NCBI GenBank assembly: GCA_963714855.1
Contig: CAVQPT010000014.1
Coordinates: forward strand, 112,569-176,568
Length of the DNA stretch: 64,000 nucleotides
Direction of reading: 5' to 3'
From: an uncultured Bacteroidota bacterium
Lineage (GTDB): Bacteria; Bacteroidota; Ignavibacteria; UBA10030; UBA6906
Shown: positions 55,016 to 64,000 of the stretch, piece by piece
How positions within the stretch are numbered: the first letter of the stretch is position 1
Layout of the letters: each line of letters starts with the position of its first letter
The notes under the pieces: generated by a model
Database searches by the model: none
Seen by the model: only the letters and a program-made list of their open reading frames with translations
Told to the model about the DNA's origin: nothing
Made by a program: the position numbers and the translations under genes

Positions 55016-57715
55016 TTATCTCTGCTCTCGTATTTCTTTTGCCGGCCCGGTGACAACCAGCGTGCCGGAGAGTACCTGCGTCGAGGGGCTGTCTGCGAAT
55101 CCTCTGAAGCCCGGTTGTTTACCGCCTATGCTGAGGTGAAACTCCCCCGGCTCGATGACCCGCATCCCGGCCGCAGTGATCAATGAGAACTGCCGCGGCT
55201 CAAGAGTGAACGAGACGGATCGCCGTTCCCCGGGCTGCATCATGATGCGGCGAAACCCCTCCAATGAACGAATCGGTACCGTTGTCGAAGCGCCTCTCCG
55301 CGAGAGGTAGAGCTGAACCACTTCATCTCCGACCACTGCTCCCGCATTTGTCACATCGACTGAAACCTGAACGCTTTCACCTGCCACAACGGATTCCGGG
55401 AGCGTGAGATTGTCGTACGTAAATCGCGTATAGCTCAGTCCGTGGCCGAACGGAAACAAGGGCTCCCCCGTGAAATACCGGTACGTCCGTTCGTTCATAG
55501 CGTATTCGCTGAATGGCGGGAGCTGGTCCAGCGACCTGTAGAACGTGACCGGCAGCCGACCGGATGGGTTGTAGTCACCGAAGAGGACATCAGCAATGGC
55601 TGTTCCTGCTGCCTGGCCCGGATACCAGGCTTCCACCATCGCCGGGACATGTTCCACCGCCCACGGAACCGCAAGGGCGCTGCCGTTAAGAAGCACAAGT
55701 ACAACGGGTTTTCCCGTCGCCACAAGGTCGCGAAGAAGTGTCTCCTGAACAGCCGGGAGCCCGATCTCGACTCTGTCACCGCCGGCAAAGCCCGGCACAG
55801 GCACATCCATCTCTTCCCCTTCGAGTCTCGGGGAAAGCCCCATGACCGCAATAACCAGATCGGCTGACCGGGCGGCGGCCAGGGCGGCCTGGCGGAGTTC
55901 CGGTTCGGGACGGGACCAGACCAGCTGGACAACAGCATCAGGCCGGCGATCCGAGTATTCAAGGCGCAACGCATACCGCCGGCCTGTAGCCAGGGAGGAA
56001 CGGACGCTCCGCGTGTGTACGGTGTGCCGTGCGGTCACGTCGACAAGGAGCGAATCGTCAAGGAACAAGCGCGCGTTACCGAAGACGCGGATGCCGAGCG
56101 CGTACTCACCTGTGACGGGTGGAAGAAGAAATCCTGACCACCGTACGCTAAATGAATCGGGACGGATCCCGGCGATGGGCGGAGCATCCCACCAGTTGAA
56201 ATTCACCGCGGCATCGGTGCGGACGATATGCGGTTTCCCTTGGAGTTCGCGATTGTTGAAGTATGCCGCAGCCAGTCCGCGCTCTCCATCCGCCTCCCTG
56301 CCGGGTGTAAGCACCTCCTGCGGCACAACCTGCATGGAGGGCATCTGGTCTGCGACATCACACCCCCGCGCAAACACGATTGTCGTTTTCCCATCCGCCC
56401 TCTCCCGAATTCCCCGGAGGGGGGTCACCGGATCTGTGGGCACGCCGTTGTAATTTCCCAGAAGCGTCTCGACGTCGTCGGCATTAGGGCCGATGACCGC
56501 AATCGTACGCAGGGAGGGGGAAAACGGAAGAAGCCCTCCCTCGTTCTTGAGAAGGACGATGGATTTGCGTGCGGCGTCAAGCGCGAGACCACGATGTTCC
56601 GGAGAATCATTCATGGAATAGGGGATGCCTGCGTACGGAACGAGCTCCGGCGGATCAAACATTCCCAGCTCGAAGCGGGCACGGAATAGTCTTTTCACCG
56701 AGGTCGTAATGGCTTCTTCCATTATCAATCCCCGCTGTACGGCATCCAGCAGGCTGCGGTATGCAGTCCCGCAATTGAGATCCGTCCCACTGAGTACGGC
56801 GAGGGCTGACGCTTCGGCTTTCGTGGCGACAACCCGGTGACGTTCAGAGATGTCGTCAATCGCGCCGCAATCGGACACCACATATCCGTTGAATCCCCAC
56901 TCCTCCCGGAGGATGCGACGGAGGAGCTCATTGCTACCGCAGCAGGGAGCCCCGCGGAAGCGGTTGTAGGCACACATGACCGAGCGGGCTTTTGCCTCGA
57001 GAACGGTTGCGCGGAACGCCGGCAAATAGGTCTCCCGGAGGTCACGTTCGTCGACCACTGCATCGAACGTATGCCGCTCCGGCTCGGGCCCGCTGTGTAC
57101 GGCAAAATGTTTTGGCGTCGCGACCGTCTTCAGATACCGGGGATGGTCGCCCTGAAGGCCGCGGACAAACGCCACTCCGAGTCGGGCGGTGAGATAAGGA
57201 TCTTCTCCATATGTTTCCATTCCTCGCCCCCACCGCGGATCACGAAATATGTTGATATTGGGCGACCAGAACGTGAGTCCCTCATAGATTCCGCGTTGTC
57301 CATGCCTGACTGCTTCGTGGTGCTTTGCTCTCGCCTCATCGGCTATAGCCGTGGCGACCCGGAGCATCATGTCTTCATCCCACATGGCGGCCAGCCCGAT
57401 CGCTTGCGGAAAGACCGTCGCCCGCCCGGCACGCGCGACGCCATGCAACGCCTCGTTCCACCAGTTGTACGCCGGAATGCCAAGGCGATCAATGGCCGGC
57501 GCTTCGTAGAGCATCTGGCCGACTTTTTCCTCGAGCGTCAGCTGCGACACAAGCGCGTCAACGCGCGTATCGAGTGGGAGGTTCGGGTTTCGGAAGGAGT
57601 CGGGGGTGCCGGATTCTGAAGGGGTCTTGGCCCAGAGCCCCCCTCCCGGGACGGCAAGGGGGAGCAGGCACGCAAATCGGATTATCGCACGTGCACAAAA
57701 CCGGGATTCGTTCAT
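55016..57715 (-). CDS. GH3 beta-glucosidase/beta-xylosidase-like glycoside hydrolase with PA14 insertion, exported
   Basis: Motifs: EEKVGQML, LGIPAYNWWNEALHGVA, KHFAVHSGPE, GYVVSDCGAI. PA14-like segment: FSVRWSGFLLPPVTGEYALGIRVFGNARLFLDD. A C-terminal fibronectin-like domain is present. Confidence 0.9.
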   Translation of the reverse strand: MNESRFCARAIIRFACLLPLAVPGGGLWAKTPSESGTPDSFRNPNLPLDTRVDALVSQLTLEEKVGQMLYEAPAIDRLGIPAYNWWNEALHGVARAGRATVFPQAIGLAAMWDEDMMLRVATAIADEARAKHHEAVRHGQRGIYEGLTFWSPNINIFRDPRWGRGMETYGEDPYLTARLGVAFVRGLQGDHPRYLKTVATPKHFAVHSGPEPERHTFDAVVDERDLRETYLPAFRATVLEAKARSVMCAYNRFRGAPCCGSNELLRRILREEWGFNGYVVSDCGAIDDISERHRVVATKAEASALAVLSGTDLNCGTAYRSLLDAVQRGLIMEEAITTSVKRLFRARFELGMFDPPELVPYAGIPYSMNDSPEHRGLALDAARKSIVLLKNEGGLLPFSPSLRTIAVIGPNADDVETLLGNYNGVPTDPVTPLRGIRERADGKTTIVFARGCDVADQMPSMQVVPQEVLTPGREADGERGLAAAYFNNRELQGKPHIVRTDAAVNFNWWDAPPIAGIRPDSFSVRWSGFLLPPVTGEYALGIRVFGNARLFLDDSLLVDVTARHTVHTRSVRSSLATGRRYALRLEYSDRRPDAVVQLVWSRPEPELRQAALAAARSADLVIAVMGLSPRLEGEEMDVPVPGFAGGDRVEIGLPAVQETLLRDLVATGKPVVLVLLNGSALAVPWAVEHVPAMVEAWYPGQAAGTAIADVLFGDYNPSGRLPVTFYRSLDQLPPFSEYAMNERTYRYFTGEPLFPFGHGLSYTRFTYDNLTLPESVVAGESVQVSVDVTNAGAVVGDEVVQLYLSRRGASTTVPIRSLEGFRRIMMQPGERRSVSFTLEPRQFSLITAAGMRVIEPGEFHLSIGGKQPGFRGFADSPSTQVLSGTLVVTGPAKEIREQR

Positions 57716-57790
57716 GGCTATTCCTTCCCAGGAGTGTTACGTTGGCTGTCGATTTCTCCATGATCCTCTGTCTGTCTCCGCGTCCCCCCG

Positions 57791-59551
57791 TTACTGCTGT
57801 AATGGTAGGACCTCGATTCCCTCGCCGCGATGATATCTCCCGGGAATCGTCACCGGAAGCTTTCCGCTGATCTGGATCCGGCCGGTGATCGCCCGTGCAA
57901 TCGACCGTTCCGCCAGATACGTGCCGTTGTACGGCGTAAGTACGACGGATGTCTCCGGCAGTTTTCCCAGCACGTACGGATCACCAAACGCGACAAGGAT
58001 CACAGGGACACGTACGCGGTTGAGGCCTGCAAGGAACTGCTCCAACGGCTTCGCAAACCGGTGGTCTCCCTTCCACGCCTCGACCGAAAGGTAGATTCCG
58101 ACCACCATTACCGCATTAGCGTCAGAGAGAGCGCTGAGCCGGGACAGTTCTTCAGCGCCCGTCTGGTTGGATACTCGTACAACCTGCGCATCCTGAATCT
58201 CCCCCTTCAGGTCATCGATCAAGTCCTGGCCAAAGGCTGTCGTAGGCTCCTCGGTGACCACGACACAGTGGAGGCGGGTCGATCGCGACAACGGAAGAAC
58301 ATTCCCGGCGTCATGAAGCAACGTTACCGACCGGTCCGATATTTCCTGGCTCACCGCGAGCGAAGCGGGAGACCCGACGACACTGAAGATCGAATCGACG
58401 GAGACCGTCCGGCCGCGATCCAGCCCGACCCGGGCCTTCGCCGTAAGAATTCGCCTGACGGATTCGTTGATGCGTTGTTCCGATAGACGGCCCATTCGCA
58501 CAGCATTCACAACTCCGTGGAACGCTCTGTCGATGTCTTCGATACCGAGGATAGCGTCTACCCCGGCTTCAAGAGCGGCGACAGATGCCTCGGCCGGTCC
58601 AAACTGGTCGGTGATCCCCTGCATGCGCATTCCGTCGGTTACGATGATCCCCTGGAAGCCGAGATCCCTGCGCAGAATCCCCGAGAGAATCGGACGCGAA
58701 AGAGTAGCGGGTTTTCCGGAAGGATCGATAGCGGGGAGGGCCAGGTGTGACGTCATGACTGCCCCCGCCCCCGCAGCAATCCCCGCCTTGAACGGAACAA
58801 GTTCCACGCTGTCCAGCCGTGAACGGCCGAAGGGGAGAACCGGGAGTTGCATATGGGAATCTTCGCGCGTATCCCCGTGCCCCGGAAAGTGTTTCAGCGT
58901 GGAGAGCATCCCCCCGTCGCGGGCGCCGCGGACATACGCCGAGACCATCTCGGCGACGAGCGCCGGGTCTTCGCCGTACGAACGCGTGTTGATGATGGGG
59001 TTCACGGCATTACTGTTGACATCTGCCACGGGTGAATTGCTCCAGTGTATCCCGATGGCACGCGCCTCGCGGGCGGTCACGAGACCGAGTGTGTACGCGT
59101 ACTCCGGATTGCCGGTCGCACCAATGGCCATCTGCGAGACGAAATGTGTTCCGCCCCCGGGAATGATGGCGGGAAGGCGCTCCGTCCATCCACGCGAGAG
59201 TCTCCAGGTGGATCCGTGGGCTGCGCCTGCTTCGAGATCCGCGTTGATGAGAAGCGGGATCCGAGATATCTTCTGCAGCCGATTGGTTATGATCGGAATA
59301 TCCAGAGTCGTCCCTCCGCCGAGGATGAACGATCCCACATGATAGGACCGGATCATTTCAAGAGCGTATTGATATGCGCGATCCTCTTCGTGGGTATACA
59401 ACGCGACCATTTCCACGACAAAGAGCTGGCCGACGCGTTCGTCGAGGCTCAGAGAGGCGAGGGTGGAATCAACCCATCGTTGCGACTGGCCGGCACATGT
59501 TCCTGCGATGGCAAGGGACCAGGCGAGAACAAGGATCGACATGTTTTTCAT
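57791..59551 (-). CDS. GH3 beta-N-acetylhexosaminidase-like glycoside hydrolase, exported
   Basis: Signal peptide MKNMSILVLAWSLAIAGTCAGQ. Motifs: GQLFVVE, KHFPGHGDTREDSHMQLPVL, IIVTDGMRMQGI. Confidence 0.85.
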   Translation of the reverse strand: MKNMSILVLAWSLAIAGTCAGQSQRWVDSTLASLSLDERVGQLFVVEMVALYTHEEDRAYQYALEMIRSYHVGSFILGGGTTLDIPIITNRLQKISRIPLLINADLEAGAAHGSTWRLSRGWTERLPAIIPGGGTHFVSQMAIGATGNPEYAYTLGLVTAREARAIGIHWSNSPVADVNSNAVNPIINTRSYGEDPALVAEMVSAYVRGARDGGMLSTLKHFPGHGDTREDSHMQLPVLPFGRSRLDSVELVPFKAGIAAGAGAVMTSHLALPAIDPSGKPATLSRPILSGILRRDLGFQGIIVTDGMRMQGITDQFGPAEASVAALEAGVDAILGIEDIDRAFHGVVNAVRMGRLSEQRINESVRRILTAKARVGLDRGRTVSVDSIFSVVGSPASLAVSQEISDRSVTLLHDAGNVLPLSRSTRLHCVVVTEEPTTAFGQDLIDDLKGEIQDAQVVRVSNQTGAEELSRLSALSDANAVMVVGIYLSVEAWKGDHRFAKPLEQFLAGLNRVRVPVILVAFGDPYVLGKLPETSVVLTPYNGTYLAERSIARAITGRIQISGKLPVTIPGRYHRGEGIEVLPLQQ

Positions 59552-59685
59552 CGGCTTCTCCGCTGTTTCTTTTCACCGAGGGGTGCCGTAGCGAAAACGA
59601 CATGATCAATATACGGCTTTCGCTCATGGAAAAACTCAGGCATTGTCCCTCCTCATGCCGCCCCCTCGAGTACGGGCCGACAAGC

Positions 59686-59714
59686 TTGAAAGTCTTGAGC
59701 TTTTTCTCTACCAT
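59686..59714 (+). promoter_or_regulatory. sigma-70-type promoter candidate TTGAAA-N17-TACCAT
   Basis: TTGAAA at 59686-59691, a 17-nt spacer, and TACCAT at 59709-59714. It lies 68 nt upstream of ATG 59782. Confidence 0.25.
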
Positions 59715-59781
59715 AGTGTATTCGAACGCATTTGCGTTTCGCACTCCGCACCAACCATCCCCACGGTTAGGGAGAACCCGC

Positions 59782-60291
59782 ATGGCGAAATCTACACAGG
59801 ACGGCCCCCACCAGACTCCAGACCACATCGACCAGATCCGTGACATTATCCTCGGCCCTCAAAAACGTGAAACGGATCAGCGCTTTGACCAGTTCACGAC
59901 GGAGCTCCGGCGGCAGCAGGAAGCGATGACGGCTCAGGTTGAGGAATTGCGCTCCCTGGTAAAGAAAAGTGACGCCTCCGCCGCAAAGGCTGTAGAAGAA
60001 AGCCGTGCTGCGTTGGAAGCGGAACTCACGGCCAAAATCCGGGAACTCTCCACTGCCCATCGGCAGCACAAGCAGGAACTTGCGGATCTGGGTACACGGT
60101 ATCAGACGGAAATCCACACGCTCAGGGCACAGTACGCTGCAGATCTGGATCGCACCATTGCTCTTCTCAAGGGAACTTCCGTTTCCAAAGAAACCCTTGC
60201 CGGGTTCCTGCAGGAACTCGCGGTCAAGGTGCGCGGAGGGGACATGCTCGAGGAACTCAAAAGCGTCATCCGCCACGGCTCGGAGGAGTAG
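59782..60291 (+). CDS. coiled-coil protein, function unknown (first gene of the GTPase cluster)
   Basis: ATG 59782 follows AGGGAGA. The 169 aa are strongly helical with a heptad-like pattern (RRQQEAMTAQVEELRSLVKK...ALEAELTAKIRELSTAHRQHKQELADLGTRYQTEIHTLRAQ). The upstream part of ORF 59374.. overlaps the divergent GH3 gene. Confidence 0.6.
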   Translation: MAKSTQDGPHQTPDHIDQIRDIILGPQKRETDQRFDQFTTELRRQQEAMTAQVEELRSLVKKSDASAAKAVEESRAALEAELTAKIRELSTAHRQHKQELADLGTRYQTEIHTLRAQYAADLDRTIALLKGTSVSKETLAGFLQELAVKVRGGDMLEELKSVIRHGSEE

Positions 60292-60297
60292 CGCGTG

Positions 60298-62175
60298 ATG
60301 GCCACATCGTCGGAGCTGGACCAGCTGCGCGACCTCCTGCTTGCACCGGAAGTCACGACCCTCCACGCGCTCACCCGCGATCTGGAATTGCTGCAACGGC
60401 AGATCGGAGACCCCGACAAGCTGGCAGTCTTGCTGAAGCCGGTATTGGCAGACATGGTGCATCGGGCAGACCCAGCGCTCAGTCTCGCAATGCTCAAGGC
60501 TCTCACGCCCCTGCTTGACCGCGCTGTCCGGGACAATATCACTGCGGATCCGCGGGCATTGACGTCTGCCCTTGCACCCACAAGCACGGGTGCAATCGCC
60601 CTACACTATGCACAGGCACCCGAGGCGGCTTCGACAGACCTTGCGCCCCTGGTGAGCGCAGCCATCAAAGAGCAGGTAAGGGGTGAACGGGATGCGATGA
60701 TCGACGCTCTCTACCCGGTCATCGGGAGCACCATTTCCAAGTACCTGGCAGAAACGCTTTCCACCCTTGTTCGCCAGATAAACGAGAAAATCGAGTCGCA
60801 TCTCAGCGTCCATTCGGTCATACGCACGATCCGATCGCGCCTGACCGGTGTCTCCGAAGCGGAACTTCTGCTGCGCGAATCCCTCCCCATGGCCGTCGAT
60901 GCGGCATTTCTGATCCACACAGAATCAGGCCTCATTATCGCACAGTCACAGAACCCCGATGGCCCGTCGCTCGATTCCGACCTTCTCTCCGGAATGCTGA
61001 CGGCGATCAGGAGCCTGTTCAACGACTCGATGGAAGCAGGAGGGCCGGCCCGCGAACTCGACCAGATCTCCTATGGAGAGTCCACAATCCTTCTGGAAGT
61101 TGCGGGGTTTTGCTACCTCGCCGTCGTTGTCCGCGGCATCCCGGATGACGTTCTCCGGCGCCGCATGCGGGACACCCTGGCGGAGATTGTACAGGTACCG
61201 GGGGACACGCTCGAGACATTCAGCGGGGACCCCTCAACGCTGCCCCCGGTCATTCACCCTCTGGTCCAGCAGATCGTCAGCCAGCCTCCGAAGGGCGGCG
61301 GGCATGGCCAACGCCGCCGTCCTTATGCCGTCATGATCATCGCGGCGATAGTTTTTCTCGCGGTACTGATCCCTTTCGGCATCTCCTGGTACAGAGACGT
61401 CACCGATCGCGAGCAGGCAGAACGTATCCGTGCGGCCCTTGCCACCACCCACCCTGCGCTGTCGCATGGCATCGACGTTGCCGTTGATCGTGAAACCGTG
61501 CGCCTGTCGGGCACCACCGCAAACCAGTACCAGCGCGACGCCGCCGGGGTCATCGTGCACCGGATGATGCCGGAGGCACAAATCGAGAACACACTCTCAC
61601 CGGCGCCCGTTCCGCCCTTCTCTGCTCTCGTCGAGGTACAGGCGGAAGCGATGGCCGGGGCTCTGAACAGGATGACCGGCGTATTCGTCGCGGCTCGGTA
61701 CCGGAATGGAAACCTCCGCCTTGAAGGCATAGCGCCGGATTCTCACTCCGTTCATGGGATTGCGCAGGCGTTTGGCGGGCTCCCGGGGTTGCAAACGCTC
61801 AGGAATGACGTCAACCCGGCAGACTCAGAAGTTGGACGCCGGGTGCAGTTTGAACGGGGATCCGCTCTCCTGCCATCAGGCACCCTGGGGCAGCTGGCAG
61901 AGGTGGCCGATATCCTTCGACAGACACCGTGGTCCCGGCTCCTCGTCGTGGGGCACACTGACCGGACCGGCGAAGAACGCATAAACAAAAGGCTCTCCCT
62001 CGAGCGCACCCTTGCGGTCCACAGGGCACTGATCAGCGCGGGAGTGCCGGCGGAGCGAATTCTCACACAGGCAGAGGCTGGACCACCGGGGCACAGTGCG
62101 CACCTGCTCCCGGACAGCCTGAGCCGCTGTGTCGTATTCAAGCTCATTCCATCCACCAACGGCTCCCTTCCATGA
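60298..62175 (+). CDS. bitopic membrane protein: cytoplasmic helical + Roadblock/longin-like segment, one TM, periplasmic BON-like and OmpA_C peptidoglycan-binding domains
   Basis: GTG 60295 / ATG 60298 lies 8 nt after GGAGGAG. TM segment PYAVMIIAAIVFLAVLIPFGISWY (61321-61392). BON-like HGIDVAVDRETVRLSGTTANQYQRDAAGVIV. OmpA_C VQFERGSALLP...LLVVGHTDRTGEERINKRLSLERTLAV (about 61850-62020). The Roadblock-like call (aa ~197-300, AAFLIHTESGLIIAQS...ILLEVAGFCYLAVVVRG) is inference. Confidence 0.75.
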   Translation: MATSSELDQLRDLLLAPEVTTLHALTRDLELLQRQIGDPDKLAVLLKPVLADMVHRADPALSLAMLKALTPLLDRAVRDNITADPRALTSALAPTSTGAIALHYAQAPEAASTDLAPLVSAAIKEQVRGERDAMIDALYPVIGSTISKYLAETLSTLVRQINEKIESHLSVHSVIRTIRSRLTGVSEAELLLRESLPMAVDAAFLIHTESGLIIAQSQNPDGPSLDSDLLSGMLTAIRSLFNDSMEAGGPARELDQISYGESTILLEVAGFCYLAVVVRGIPDDVLRRRMRDTLAEIVQVPGDTLETFSGDPSTLPPVIHPLVQQIVSQPPKGGGHGQRRRPYAVMIIAAIVFLAVLIPFGISWYRDVTDREQAERIRAALATTHPALSHGIDVAVDRETVRLSGTTANQYQRDAAGVIVHRMMPEAQIENTLSPAPVPPFSALVEVQAEAMAGALNRMTGVFVAARYRNGNLRLEGIAPDSHSVHGIAQAFGGLPGLQTLRNDVNPADSEVGRRVQFERGSALLPSGTLGQLAEVADILRQTPWSRLLVVGHTDRTGEERINKRLSLERTLAVHRALISAGVPAERILTQAEAGPPGHSAHLLPDSLSRCVVFKLIPSTNGSLP

Positions 62176-62705
62176 AGCTCGCAAAGGTGTGTGTTCTTGG
62201 AGAAGCCTCGGTAGGCAAAACCAGTCTCATCCGGCGTTTTGTCGATCGGTCATTCAGCGACTCGTACCTTTCGACGGTCGGGGTGAAAATCAGTCGGAAA
62301 CTCATGTCCGTGCAGGCCCCGGAAACGGATTCACCTCTTGACCTCCAGCTCGTCCTCTGGGACCTCGAGGGAGGACCGTACTTCAGTGCGGTGTCGGCGT
62401 CGTATCTGCGCGGGGCTCGAGCCGCAATAATCGTCGGTGATCTCACACGGCAGGACACGCTCGATGTTTTGCCGTCTCACGCGGACCAGTTCCTCACCAT
62501 CAATCCGCACGGCGTTGTCCTGGTGGCGCTCAACAAGTCCGATCTGAGTCATCCCGGAGGAAGCGCGACGGATGTCCGCTTGGAGCGCTCTGAAGTGGCT
62601 ATTGTCCAGAAAACCTCTGCAAAGAACGGGCGCGGAGTGGACGATCTTTTCCATTCCCTCGGCACGTATCTCATTCGGGAGTGGGAGCATGGCCCTCGGA
62701 CTTGA
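62172..62705 (+). CDS. Ras-superfamily small GTPase (prokaryotic Ras/Rab-like)
   Basis: ATGA overlap with the upstream gene. G1 [12 protein letters not shown], switch I YLSTVGV, G3 LWDLEGG, G4 ALNKSDL, G5 TSAKNG. 177 aa. Confidence 0.85.
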   Translation: MKLAKVCVLGEASVGKTSLIRRFVDRSFSDSYLSTVGVKISRKLMSVQAPETDSPLDLQLVLWDLEGGPYFSAVSASYLRGARAAIIVGDLTRQDTLDVLPSHADQFLTINPHGVVLVALNKSDLSHPGGSATDVRLERSEVAIVQKTSAKNGRGVDDLFHSLGTYLIREWEHGPRT

Positions 62706-64000
62706 CCATCTTCTGCACCACGGTGCCGCGGACTATGTCACCTTTGACACTGCCTTCCTGATCACGTCGGCGTCGGAGGGTGCCTCACGGTTTGCCGATG
62801 ATTCCCGTTCCGTGGTGGTCGGAAACGACATCCGCATCGGATTTCCCGAACTTGTCGGTGCCGAGGACGCGCTGGCGGAAGTCGCCCGCCGTGACCGCCC
62901 GTCCTACGCGCTGCCTGCCGTCTGCCGCTCCAGTTCACCTGAATCGCAGTTGTACGTGAACATCACGGTGAGCATACAGAGCATCCCCGGGACCCACGCC
63001 GCCGGATTCGTGATGATGCTCGAGGATGTCACACCGTGGATGGTGGAGATACAGCGGAGAGCGCAGACAACGAACGATGCTCTCCTCCTTGTGCATGCCA
63101 TGACCGCGTCAAAAGAGTACATTGAACATATCCTCGATGCCATGGCGGAGGTCCTCTTCGTAATCTCGCCTGAAGGCATCATCACAGCCGTCAATCGGGC
63201 CGCGCTCTCGCTCACAGAGTTCACACTCGCCGAGCTGATTGGCAGACCGATTGCGTCGATACTCCCCGACGAGCCTGTCGCTGAATCGCTGCGCGGCGGC
63301 TGGAAGGGTCCACCCATCGAACTCCGGTGCCAGACGCGGAATGGCGACCCTGTTCCCGTCAGTTTCTCCCGCGCGCCGTTGATCGGCGAGGAACATGTTC
63401 TCCACGGCATGGTCTACCTCGGAAGGGACCTGCGCGAATTGAAACATAGCGAAGCGCGCATTTCGCGTCTCGAGTCGGAGAACCTTTCCCTGCAGGAAGT
63501 TCTTCAGACAAGTCAGGAGACATCGGAGATGGTCTGGTCGTCACCTGCAATGGGTTCTCTGCTGCGAGATCTGAAGAAAGTCGCGGTAACGGACACGACC
63601 GTTCTCATCTCAGGGGAGACCGGGACCGGCAAGGAGCTCATTGCCAGGGAGATTCACCGGCAGAGCACCCGAAAGGGCGCGCTCCTTGTGAATGTCAACT
63701 GTGCGGCTCTTCCGGCGGGCCTTGTCGAGAGCGAATTGTTCGGCCATGAAAAGGGGGCGTTTACCGGAGCGCTCCAGCGGCGCATCGGGCGGTTTGAACT
63801 TGCCAACGGTGGAACAGTGTTTCTGGACGAAGCCGGAGAGCTCCCGTTACCCGCGCAGGCCACCCTGCTCCGCGTGCTCCAGGAGCAATCGTTCGAGCGT
63901 GTCGGCGGCACCCAGACCATCACGGTGGATGTGCGCGTGATCACCGCGACCAACCGCAACCTGCTCGACGAAGTTGCGCAAGGACGGTTTCGAGAGGATC
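62689..64000 (+). CDS. sigma-54-dependent transcriptional activator (N-terminal unknown domain + PAS + AAA+), 3' end runs off the window
   Basis: Absent from the ORF track because no stop lies in the window. My translation from ATG 62689 (GGGAG upstream) stays open to 64000. PAS-like [31 protein letters not shown]. Walker [16 protein letters not shown]. The sigma-54 contact motif [15 protein letters not shown] is present. Walker [12 protein letters not shown]. Confidence 0.9.
   Translation, partial: MALGLDHLLHHGAADYVTFDTAFLITSASEGASRFADDSRSVVVGNDIRIGFPELVGAEDALAEVARRDRPSYALPAVCRSSSPESQLYVNITVSIQSIPGTHAAGFVMMLEDVTPWMVEIQRRAQTTNDALLLVHAMTASKEYIEHILDAMAEVLFVISPEGIITAVNRAALSLTEFTLAELIGRPIASILPDEPVAESLRGGWKGPPIELRCQTRNGDPVPVSFSRAPLIGEEHVLHGMVYLGRDLRELKHSEARISRLESENLSLQEVLQTSQETSEMVWSSPAMGSLLRDLKKVAVTDTTVLISGETGTGKELIAREIHRQSTRKGALLVNVNCAALPAGLVESELFGHEKGAFTGALQRRIGRFELANGGTVFLDEAGELPLPAQATLLRVLQEQSFERVGGTQTITVDVRVITATNRNLLDEVAQGRFRED

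Noticed and set aside
56837-59342. 260-aa (56837..57619) and 291-aa (58467..59342) + strand ORFs
   Set aside because: They are antisense to the two GH3 genes, which carry strong catalytic-domain motifs.
59374-59781. Upstream extension of ORF 59374..60291
   Set aside because: It overlaps the 5' end of the divergent GH3 gene and the promoter region. ATG 59782 with AGGGAGA upstream starts the coiled-coil sequence.
59767-60587. 231-aa and 161-aa minus-strand ORFs
   Set aside because: They are antisense to the coiled-coil gene and to the start of the BON/OmpA gene, and they show no features.

Overview
GC-rich bacterial chromosomal segment, densely coding on both strands. It most likely comes from a member of the FCB group (Bacteroidota / Ignavibacteriota / Rhodothermota-like). 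The reason is that at least five exported proteins end in the T9SS type-A C-terminal sorting domain (..NFPNPFNP.T.I.Y......L.VYD.LGR.V..L.......G.Y......LASG.Y.YRL.AG.F...R.MLL..).

Gene content in order:
- An ion-transport cluster: divergent Na+/H+-type antiporter, an SLC12-like cation-chloride cotransporter fused to a ~970-aa P-loop extension, and a coupled MscS-like gene.
- Housekeeping and peripheral metabolism: APC permease, DOPA-dioxygenase-like enzyme, M1 aminopeptidase, NmrA-like protein, L-lactate dehydrogenase, PQQ sugar dehydrogenase.
- Scattered glycoside hydrolases: GH31 x2, GH78, GH3 x2, and an esterase.
- A TlpA / beta-barrel / Omp28-like envelope redox operon.
- A Ser/Thr kinase next to a soluble GAF-HK-REC-AraC one-protein two-component system.

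Two signalling clusters deserve attention:
- 43.4-49.7 kb: partner-switching pair, ECF sigma, anti-sigma, a 982-aa HExxH/PD40/beta-barrel protein and a PrsW-type protease.
- 59.7-64.0 kb: coiled-coil protein, a bitopic BON/OmpA protein, a Ras-like small GTPase and a PAS sigma-54 activator, all translationally coupled.

I recognised no rRNA, tRNA, CRISPR array, transposase, integrase or phage gene.

Caveat: at least seven otherwise well-conserved genes are split between reading frames. This may be assembly indel error rather than biology.

All calls rest on my reading of the translated ORFs and motifs. No database search was run.
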